Origin: a bacterium
GTDB taxonomy: Bacteria > UBA10199 > 2-02-FULL-44-16 > DYJF01
Direction of reading: 5' to 3'
Assembly (NCBI GenBank): GCA_041739675.1
Contig: JBGSNL010000001.1
Location: forward strand, 1 to 13,860
DNA length: 13,860 bases
Numbering within the stretch: the stretch's first letter is position 1; the number at the start of each line of letters is the position of its first letter. The position numbers and the translations under genes were made by a program. Shown piece by piece: positions 6,639 to 13,304 of the stretch. The notes under the pieces are model-generated. The model was not told the DNA's origin. It did not search any database and saw only the letters and a list, made by a program, of their open reading frames with translations.

Positions 6639-8801
6639 CTATCCGCTTCTCACCCTCTGAACGGAGATTATACCCTTAAGCCTCTCCAGGGACTTGATCA
6701 CATTCCTCAGCTGGGCCACGTTCTTGATCTCAAGATCAAAGTTGTTCACCGCCGTCTGATCCTCCCTCGTCTGGATGGAGGCCGCGGAAATATTCACGCC
6801 CTCGGCGGTTATGGCCTCCGTCATGGCGGCGAGCAGGCCCGGCCTGTCGGCGCATACGACGCGGATCTTTGCGGTGTGCAGCGCATCAGAGCTCTCGTCC
6901 CATTCGACGTCGACCCGGCGCGTGGGATCCTGGCCCACAACCTTTGGGCAGTCGGAGACGTGAATCGAAACGCCCCTTCCCCTCGTGACAAAACCGACGA
7001 TCGAATCGCCCGGCACCGGGTTACAGCATTTCCCGAAATTGACCAGCATATCGGAATAGCCGCTCACCTTCACGAGCCCTTTCGGACGCGTGAGACGGCG
7101 AACGATCTTTCCTATGACCGATTCCTTCTCTTTCTCCTTCGCCGCCTCTTCGGGCATAAGCTGATCGTGGGAGATAAAAAGACCTATGATCTGCGTGGGC
7201 GATATCTTGCCGTAACCTATGGCGGAGAGGATCGCGTCTGCGCCGTCGTAGGACGCGTTCTTGGCGAACTCATCGAGTTCGCGGCTCTTCAGCATTCTGT
7301 TGATATTGAGGCCGTATCGCCCCGCGGCTTTTTCAAGAATTTCGTGTCCGATCGCGCGGCTTTTTTCATGCTCCTCGGAACGTAAAAACGAACGGATTTT
7401 GGCTTTCGCGCGCGAGGTGACCACAAACTGCAGCCAGTCTTTGTGCGGATGTTTTTCCTTCTGCGTCAGAATTTCAACTGTATCGCCGCTGTGGAGCTGG
7501 TATTTGAGCGGAACGATCTTGCCGTTGATCTTGGCACCCACCGTGGAATGGCCGAGATCGGTGTGGATGCTGTAAGCGAAATCGAGCGGCGTGGAACCGC
7601 GCGGGAGTTCTTTTAGCTGGCCCTTCGGCGTGAAGATGTAGACGTCCTCCGCGAAGAGATCGAGCTTGACCGTCTCCAAAAATTCAGCGGAATCTGAAAT
7701 TTCACTCTGCCATTCAAGCAGGCGCCTGAGCCACTTGAACTTCAACTCGTCTTTGTCTTCCATCAGGCGCCCTTCTTTGTATTTCCAGTGGGCGGCGATC
7801 CCGTGCTCGGCGGTCTCCTGCATCTGAGTTGTTCTTATCTGGAACTCTATCCTGTCGCCGTGCGGCCCGATGACGGTCGTGTGCAAAGATTGGTAGTTGT
7901 TGGCCTTGGGCATCGCTATGTAATCCCTGAACCTTCCCGGAACCGGGCGCCAGAGGGCGTGGATCACGCCCAGCGCCTCGTAGCACTGCTGCACGTTATC
8001 GACTATGATGCGGAAGGCGACTATGTCGTGGACCTCGTCGAAAGGAATGTTCTGCGACACCATTTTTTTGTGAATGCTCTGGTAGTGTTTCAGACGCCCG
8101 TAAATCTCGCCGTGGACATTATGCTCTTTGAGGGTTTTTTCGACGAGGTTTCTCACTTCGGTTATGTGTTTATCGCGCTGGGAGGCCCTCTTTCTCACTT
8201 GCTCGTCGATGTGCTGCCAGACATCCGGTTTCAAAAATTTCAGCGCCAGATCCTCCAGCTCTGTCTTCATCTCCTGAATTCCAAGGCGGTTCGCGATGGG
8301 GGCGTAGATGTCCATCGTTTCCTGCGCGATCGCTACCTGGCGGTTCTCCGGAAGGTGTTCCAGCGTGCGCATGTTGTGGAGGCGGTCGGCGAGCTTGATG
8401 AGAATGACGCGTATGTCCTGCGCCATCGCCATGAGCATTTTTCTAAAATTCTCCGCCTGCTTTTCCTCAATGGATGTAAACTGAATGCGCGAAAGTTTCG
8501 TAACGCCGTCGACGAGATTTTTTATCTCCTGACCGAAGAGGCGCTCCACCTCTTCAAGCGTTGTTACCGTGTCCTCGACCGTATCGTGCAGAAGGGCCGT
8601 GGCGATTGAAGGCACGTCGAGTTTCATTCGCGCGAGGATTCCGGCGACTTCCATCGGGTGAACGAGGTAAGGTTCTCCCGACTGTCTGGTCTGCCCCTCA
8701 TGCACTTTTGCCGAAAAGACGTATGCCTTTTTTATGAGGTCGAGATCGGCCTCGGGGTTGTAGGCGGAGACTGTATCGAGGATGTCATGGAGCCGGATCA
8801 T
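6639..8801 (-). CDS. rel: Long bifunctional RelA/SpoT homologue, (p)ppGpp synthetase/hydrolase (Rel)
   Basis: Intact HD hydrolase (R-SGEPYLVHP, LLHDTVEDT, IKLADRLHNMRTL), synthetase (GRLK, DIVAFRI, RFRDYIA-PK-N-YQSLHT, EFQIRT, GIAAHWKYK), TGS (FTPKG, TPLDFAYSIHT), zinc finger (KCCNPVPGD...H--DC) and ACT (DRPGLL). Confidence 0.97.
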   Translation of the reverse strand: MIRLHDILDTVSAYNPEADLDLIKKAYVFSAKVHEGQTRQSGEPYLVHPMEVAGILARMKLDVPSIATALLHDTVEDTVTTLEEVERLFGQEIKNLVDGVTKLSRIQFTSIEEKQAENFRKMLMAMAQDIRVILIKLADRLHNMRTLEHLPENRQVAIAQETMDIYAPIANRLGIQEMKTELEDLALKFLKPDVWQHIDEQVRKRASQRDKHITEVRNLVEKTLKEHNVHGEIYGRLKHYQSIHKKMVSQNIPFDEVHDIVAFRIIVDNVQQCYEALGVIHALWRPVPGRFRDYIAMPKANNYQSLHTTVIGPHGDRIEFQIRTTQMQETAEHGIAAHWKYKEGRLMEDKDELKFKWLRRLLEWQSEISDSAEFLETVKLDLFAEDVYIFTPKGQLKELPRGSTPLDFAYSIHTDLGHSTVGAKINGKIVPLKYQLHSGDTVEILTQKEKHPHKDWLQFVVTSRAKAKIRSFLRSEEHEKSRAIGHEILEKAAGRYGLNINRMLKSRELDEFAKNASYDGADAILSAIGYGKISPTQIIGLFISHDQLMPEEAAKEKEKESVIGKIVRRLTRPKGLVKVSGYSDMLVNFGKCCNPVPGDSIVGFVTRGRGVSIHVSDCPKVVGQDPTRRVDVEWDESSDALHTAKIRVVCADRPGLLAAMTEAITAEGVNISAASIQTREDQTAVNNFDLEIKNVAQLRNVIKSLERLKGIISVQRVRSG

Positions 8802-8809
8802 GAATTGGG

Positions 8810-8838
8810 AAAATAACCAAATAAAAGGCGCTTTACAA
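8810..8838 (-). promoter_or_regulatory. Putative sigma70 promoter directly upstream of rel
   Basis: - strand TTGTAA (8838-8833), exactly 17 bp, TATTTT (8815-8810), then 8 nt to the rel ATG. Confidence 0.55.
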
Positions 8839-8845
8839 TGCCATT

Positions 8846-9409
8846 TTAGTGTTTTTTGGGAGGATTAATTATTTCCGCGATCTCGTAGCAGGCCCTCTTG
8901 AGGTCGTCGTTCACAATGCGGTGCTCGTAGCGGTCCATAAAGCCCATTTCCCGCGTGGCATTTTCGAGGCGTCTGGCCACTACCGCCTCCGAATCAGTTT
9001 TGCGGCCAGCCAGCCTTTTCTTCAGCTCGTCAAAGCTGGGCGGGGTGAGAAAGATCGTGACGGCGTTAGGATAGCGTTTTTTGAGCGCCATCCCCCCCTG
9101 AATGTCTATGTCGAGGACGACGTTTTTGCCCGAGGCTACGGCGTCCTCAAGCTCAAGCCGCGGCGTTCCGTAAAAGGCGCCGTGGACCTCCGCCCATTCG
9201 GCAAAGAAGTCCTCGTCACGGAGTTTTTTAAAGGTTGTCTCGTCCACGAAGCGGTAATCTTTCCCCTCATGCTCGCCTCCCCTTGGGGGCCTGGTCGTGT
9301 ATGAAATGGAATAGACAAGATCGGGTATTTTTTTAAGGAGATGCGCGACGACCGTGGATTTGCCGGTCCCCGACGGGGCAGATATTATGAATAGGCGGCC
9401 TTTTTTCAT
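8846..9409 (-). CDS. gmk: Guanylate kinase
   Basis: P-loop SAPSGTGKST, SISYTTRPPR-GE--GKDYRF, FAEWAEVHG-FYGT, LDIDIQG, IFL-PPS, IVNDDL. Confidence 0.97.
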   Translation of the reverse strand: MKKGRLFIISAPSGTGKSTVVAHLLKKIPDLVYSISYTTRPPRGGEHEGKDYRFVDETTFKKLRDEDFFAEWAEVHGAFYGTPRLELEDAVASGKNVVLDIDIQGGMALKKRYPNAVTIFLTPPSFDELKKRLAGRKTDSEAVVARRLENATREMGFMDRYEHRIVNDDLKRACYEIAEIINPPKKH

Positions 9410-10276
9410 TTATTCGATATTCTGAACCTGCTCCCGCAGGCGTTCGAGTTCGGTCTTGCAGTCCACTACCAGCCGGGAGATTTCTGAATCCGCAGCTTTT
9501 GCGCCTATCGTGTTGACCTCGCGGTTGATCTCCTGAAGCAGAAAATCGAGCTTTCTGCCCACTGCATCGCGGCTGACAAGAAGGGATTCATATTGCTTGA
9601 TGTGGCTTTCCAGGCGCGTCAGTTCTTCGGCAATGTCCTGCCTGCCGCCAAGGTATGCAACTTCGGTCTCCAGACGCTTGTCATCCACCTGCCCGCTTCC
9701 GGCGACCATGCTGCGCACCCTTTCACGGTGGCGGTTAAGGGCCGTCGCCGCCCGTCTGTGGATCTGCGCTATGTTTTTCTCGATGTGTTTTACCCTTTTT
9801 TTCTGATCCTTTTGCGTGTGGAGACCCTCTCTGGCCCTCATCTTGTCGACATGATTGCATGCGAGGCGGAGAAGCTTTTCGATCTGATTCCACATGCGGC
9901 TGTAATCGCCCTCTTTTTCCTTGAGCGTTACGAAATGATCTAGCCCCACATAGTGGAGGAATTCGTCCGAGGCCTTGAGCTTGAGGTTTTTTTCAAGTTT
10001 CTTGAGGCAGCCTAGATATTTTCTGGCAAGTTCAGTGTCTACGTGAAGCTCAGTGTCGCCGAAAAGCACCTCTTTTTCCTTAACAAACACATCAACCTTC
10101 CCTCGCATATATCTATTCTGTAAGTGTTTTTTCATTAAGGATTCAAGGACGCCCATCTTTGGGGGCTGTTTGATGTTTATCTCGCAAAAACGGTGGTTGA
10201 CCGTCTTCACCTCTATGAAAAGACGCCCCTTGCCGACCTTCCCTTCAGCGGTTCCGTATCCAGTCATTGATTTCAT
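9410..10276 (-). CDS. yicC: YicC/YloC family endoribonuclease
   Basis: MKSMTGYG, EVKTVNHRF, RGKVD, R-REG, DIAEELTRL-SH, GRKLDFLLQEINREVNTIGAK, K-ELERLREQVQNIE. Stop directly abuts the gmk start. Confidence 0.95.
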   Translation of the reverse strand: MKSMTGYGTAEGKVGKGRLFIEVKTVNHRFCEINIKQPPKMGVLESLMKKHLQNRYMRGKVDVFVKEKEVLFGDTELHVDTELARKYLGCLKKLEKNLKLKASDEFLHYVGLDHFVTLKEKEGDYSRMWNQIEKLLRLACNHVDKMRAREGLHTQKDQKKRVKHIEKNIAQIHRRAATALNRHRERVRSMVAGSGQVDDKRLETEVAYLGGRQDIAEELTRLESHIKQYESLLVSRDAVGRKLDFLLQEINREVNTIGAKAADSEISRLVVDCKTELERLREQVQNIE

Positions 10277-10282
10277 GGCAGA

Positions 10283-10933
10283 TCACCCCTCGAATACAAT
10301 TTTGGTCTCTCCCAGTTCTATCATATCCCCCTTTTGCAGGAGGCGGGATTCGACCTCGACACCGTTGACGAACGTGCCGTTCTTGCTCACCAGATCCAGA
10401 ATGCCCACTTGTCCTTCGTCAGCGAAAAGCATGGCGTGAAGGCGCGAGAGGCTGTGGTCGGTCAGGACGATATCAGGCGAACGTCTGAAGACCCCCAGCT
10501 GCTCTCCCACCGCGGTCTGCGCGGCCTGCGGCTTCGTGGCCATGAACTGCTTTTGTATATATTTGAGTATCAGGTTTTTCGTGCCTTCGTCTATGGAAAG
10601 GGCAAGGTCCACGTTGAACATCATGGTCCTGTTTACGTCTGTCTCGCCGCGGCCGACCGCCCTGCAGCTTCTTTGTTCAAGCTGAAAAGAGAGACCCGAA
10701 TCAGGCCCCTGCACGATCTTGAACGAGGCCTTGGGAAGATGGGACGCGCCCGGTTTGGGCGCTCCGCCGCGCAAATCGGAAGCCTCTTCGACAAGCATGA
10801 CAGGGATATCGTCACGGACGGGGTATTTCAGCTGGCACTTGGAACAAACGAGGCCTCTTCCCCCATCAGCGAGGGAGAGGCCTTGTTTGCATTGCGGACA
10901 AACCAATATGTCTAATAACTGTTTATCGATCAA
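10283..10933 (-). CDS. Trm112/YcaR (UPF0434) zinc-ribbon domain fused to an FHA domain with a large insertion
   Basis: aa 1-54: LLDILVCPQCK...LVCSKC-LKYPVRDDIPVMLVEEA (Trm112-like). aa ~69-215: FHA motifs GP--G--F-L, VGR, DIVL-D--LSR-HA, DL-SKNGTFVNG, L--GD-I-LGET. TTG start 8 nt after SD-like AGGGGAG, which overlaps the skp stop. Confidence 0.85.
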   Translation of the reverse strand: MIDKQLLDILVCPQCKQGLSLADGGRGLVCSKCQLKYPVRDDIPVMLVEEASDLRGGAPKPGASHLPKASFKIVQGPDSGLSFQLEQRSCRAVGRGETDVNRTMMFNVDLALSIDEGTKNLILKYIQKQFMATKPQAAQTAVGEQLGVFRRSPDIVLTDHSLSRLHAMLFADEGQVGILDLVSKNGTFVNGVEVESRLLQKGDMIELGETKIVFEG

Positions 10934-10946
10934 TTCCCAAGCTCCC

Positions 10947-11498
10947 CTACTTTGCAGCTTTTGCCTTGGGGGTGGAGTTGCAAATCTTTATGACTTCGTC
11001 GGTCAGATCGTTGACGGTCGGAGCGTAGAGCACGACGTCCTGCGATTTCTCGAGAATCATCGTATAGCTGCCCTTTGTTCCGAGATCTTTCACGATTCCC
11101 TTTAGCTTTTCCAAAAGTCCGGCTGTCATTGCGCCTTCCTTCTGGGCCATCTCCTGCTTGAAGGTTCCGAGCTTCTGCTGGAGCTCCATGAACTTGTTGC
11201 GATACTCCTCTTCCTTGGCCTTCAAGGCATCCTGTGAGAGTATCAGGCGCTGCTTGTCCAGATCTTCCTTCATCTTTTTGAGCTCATTCTGGACGATGTC
11301 CAGTTTCTGCTGGCGCTCGTTGAACTCCGCCTTGAGCGTGCCCTTTGCCGACTTTCCCTCTTCCGTCTCATTGAGGGCGCGGTTGAAGTCCACGTAGCCG
11401 AACTTCAGATTGTCGGCTGCCGGCTGGGACGCTGCTTTCGCGGCCGGTGCTGCCAGGAGAACTGCCAGGGCGACTAGGGCCAATACTGTTTTCTTCAT
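10947..11498 (-). CDS. skp: Periplasmic OMP chaperone Skp/OmpH
   Basis: Sec signal peptide (MKKTVLALVALAVLLAAPAAKA), KFGYVDF-RAL, long coiled coil, GSYTMILE, VLYA----DLTDEVIK. SD AAGGAGGT at 11508-11515. Confidence 0.9.
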   Translation of the reverse strand: MKKTVLALVALAVLLAAPAAKAASQPAADNLKFGYVDFNRALNETEEGKSAKGTLKAEFNERQQKLDIVQNELKKMKEDLDKQRLILSQDALKAKEEEYRNKFMELQQKLGTFKQEMAQKEGAMTAGLLEKLKGIVKDLGTKGSYTMILEKSQDVVLYAPTVNDLTDEVIKICNSTPKAKAAK

Positions 11499-11516
11499 AC
11501 TTCGACTACCTCCTTC

Positions 11517-11568
11517 GCCCGCCTGTTTGCCCGCCTGAGTTTTAGTGGCGGGAGTTTTTGTGGCGGGC
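11517..11568. repeat. Nested inverted/direct repeat (REP-like double hairpin) upstream of skp
   Basis: GCCCGCCTG twice (11517-11525, 11529-11537), then AGTTTT(A/T)GTGGCGGG twice (11538-11552, 11553-11567). The CCCGCC and GGCGGG arms are complementary. Confidence 0.75.
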
Positions 11569-11635
11569 CTTTTGTTAGTTTCACGAGCCTATAATACAGC
11601 TTTTTCAAGAAAACAAGGGGAAAACACGGCTGGAA

Positions 11636-12430
11636 CTAGCCTTCGCTGCCGCCGGTGCGGTATCCTGCGATGTCCAGCGCTGCAAATTTGTAGCCCAGCT
11701 TTTTGAGTCCATCTTCAATTTTTTCGCGATGTTCGAGACATTGCATGAACTCGGAGGGCGCGATTTCAATACGGGCGACATCGCCGTGATGGCGCACCCT
11801 CACCTGAGTCAGACCGCAAGAGCGTATGAGCTCTTCCGCGTCGTCTATTTTTCTCAGAAGCCCGGCAGTGAGTTTTTCCCCGAAGGGGATGCGTGACGAA
11901 AGACAGGCGCTGGATGGTTTGTCGGCGACAGAGAGTTTAAGCTCGCGCGCCAGACGCCTGACGTCCTCTTTTGTGAGCGCCGCGTCGATGAGCGGCGTCA
12001 CGACGTTTCTTCGTTCCAGCGACGCGCGGTAACCCGGGCGATGCCCTTTGAGATCGGATGCGTTTGTGCCCTCTATTATATATTTGAATCCTTTTTCGCC
12101 GGCCAGTTTTTCAAAACTTTCATAGAGAGCGCGTTTGCAATAGAAACAGCGCTCTTTCGGATTGGCCGTGTAGTTCGAATCCTCAAACTCATTTGTCTCT
12201 ATCAGGAAGTGGGGTATTCCCCTTTCGCGGCAGAAGCCAACGGCTATGAGACGGTCGCGCGAAGGGATGCTTGGCGATAAAGCGGTCGCCGCGCACATAT
12301 TTTCCTTGAGCTCCTGATGAGCGAGCACGGCGAGAACGGCGGAATCGACACCGCCCGAGAAAGCAACAACGGCGCTCGGAAGTTCCCCCAGGCGCCGTCG
12401 TAATTGCGCGACTCTGTTATTATATGTCAT
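11636..12430 (-). CDS. larE: LarE family ATP-dependent sulfur transferase (PP-loop)
   Basis: VAFSGGVDS, N---RCFYCK, EGTNASD---HRPG, PL-DA-LTKEDVR, KPSSACLSSRIPFG, VRVRHHGDVARIE, D--GYRTG. Start at ATG 12430 overlaps the HAD stop (ATGA). 264 aa. Confidence 0.9.
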   Translation of the reverse strand: MTYNNRVAQLRRRLGELPSAVVAFSGGVDSAVLAVLAHQELKENMCAATALSPSIPSRDRLIAVGFCRERGIPHFLIETNEFEDSNYTANPKERCFYCKRALYESFEKLAGEKGFKYIIEGTNASDLKGHRPGYRASLERRNVVTPLIDAALTKEDVRRLARELKLSVADKPSSACLSSRIPFGEKLTAGLLRKIDDAEELIRSCGLTQVRVRHHGDVARIEIAPSEFMQCLEHREKIEDGLKKLGYKFAALDIAGYRTGGSEG

Positions 12431-13080
12431 GTCCTTACCGATGTGAGAAGATATTGCCTCAATTCGCCCACGGTTTCCGCGACCATGTCGGCACCGGCGG
12501 CACTCAGCTCTTCCTTTGTTCCGTAGCCGTAAGTGACTCCTATCGATGCGCACCCGCACTTCTTGGCGGCGGTGATGTCGACGCCGCGGTCGCCTATGAC
12601 CACACCGTTGCGCAGGCTCTCTTTTTTAATCACGTGTTTCAAAACTTCCGTCTTGTCGGAGAGTTTTCCGCTTAAATCGGCGCCGTAGACGCCTGTGAAC
12701 ATCGGGCGAATGCCCAGATGATCGAGGACCATTTCGCATGATACCTGCGGTTTTATCGAGGCGATAATGAGATGACCCTGCCTTGCTACCGCTTCCAGAA
12801 GGCCCACTATTCCGGGATAGAGGCGATGTTCTGCGATCCCTTCCTTATGAAAGCGTTCCCGGTAGGAATCGACGCAGGATTTCAAAAAGCGCTTGTCTTT
12901 CTTTCCCGTCACCTGGCCCAGTATCTCTTCAAGGCTGAAACCTATATAGCGCTTCAGGCGTTCGATCGGCACGGGCTTGATCCCATGTTTCTTAAGTGCG
13001 TGGTTTATACAGCGCGGTATCGCGGTGCCTGGGTTGACGATTGTTCCGTCGAGATCGAAAATGAAAGTTGGCTTTTTCAT
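12427..13080 (-). CDS. HAD-IA family hydrolase (phosphoglycolate phosphatase/5'-nucleotidase-like)
   Basis: Motif I FDLDGTI, LYPGI, motif II ASIKP, motif III K (SDK), motif IV IGDRGVDI, GVTYGYG--EEL--AGAD. SD GAGGT 8 nt upstream. Confidence 0.9.
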   Translation of the reverse strand: MKKPTFIFDLDGTIVNPGTAIPRCINHALKKHGIKPVPIERLKRYIGFSLEEILGQVTGKKDKRFLKSCVDSYRERFHKEGIAEHRLYPGIVGLLEAVARQGHLIIASIKPQVSCEMVLDHLGIRPMFTGVYGADLSGKLSDKTEVLKHVIKKESLRNGVVIGDRGVDITAAKKCGCASIGVTYGYGTKEELSAAGADMVAETVGELRQYLLTSVRT

Positions 13081-13152
13081 AAGCCGAGACCTCTACACCA
13101 AAAAGGGGTCTACTTTCAAGCAATTTCTATCTCAAACCGGCCTTTTCCCAAT

Positions 13153-13177
13153 AAAAAAGGGCCTTTTAAGGCCCTTT

Positions 13178-13178
<1 letters not shown>
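13153..13178 (-). terminator. Intrinsic terminator of the tRNA-fMet gene (potentially bidirectional)
   Basis: - strand AAAAGGGCCT-TAAA-AGGCCC-TTTTTT starting at the tRNA CCA end. A/T tracts on both sides. Confidence 0.85.
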
Positions 13179-13254
<76 letters not shown>

Positions 13255-13269
13255 ACATGTGTGTGGGGG

Positions 13270-13298
13270 TTGGTATAGAATGGTGGCCGAACTGTCAA
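13270..13298 (-). promoter_or_regulatory. Putative sigma70 promoter of tRNA-fMet
   Basis: Perfect TTGACA (13298-13293). The -10 is TACCAA at 17-bp spacing or TATACC at 15-bp spacing, about 15 nt before tRNA base 1. Confidence 0.55.
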
Positions 13299-13304
13299 GG
13301 TAAT

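Noticed and set aside
7915..7945. Rel synthetase motif RFRD instead of RxKD
   Set aside because: Conservative K-to-R change that keeps the basic character of bifunctional enzymes. All other catalytic motifs are intact.
7788..8609. 273-aa + strand ORF (also 6876-7385) antisense to rel
   Set aside because: Shadow ORFs entirely within a highly conserved gene, with no recognisable motifs or SD. Expected from codon bias.
10334..10915. 193-aa + strand ORF opposite the Trm112-FHA gene
   Set aside because: The - strand frame has two clear domain signatures. This frame has none.
11517..11568. Repeat cluster as a mini-CRISPR or riboswitch
   Set aside because: Units are 9-15 bp with no spacers and no cas genes. 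No riboswitch consensus that I recognise.
12431..12559. 43-aa N-terminal extension of larE in the ORF track
   Set aside because: Overlaps the HAD gene out of frame and is Arg-rich nonsense. The ATGA-coupled start at 12430 fits the family length.
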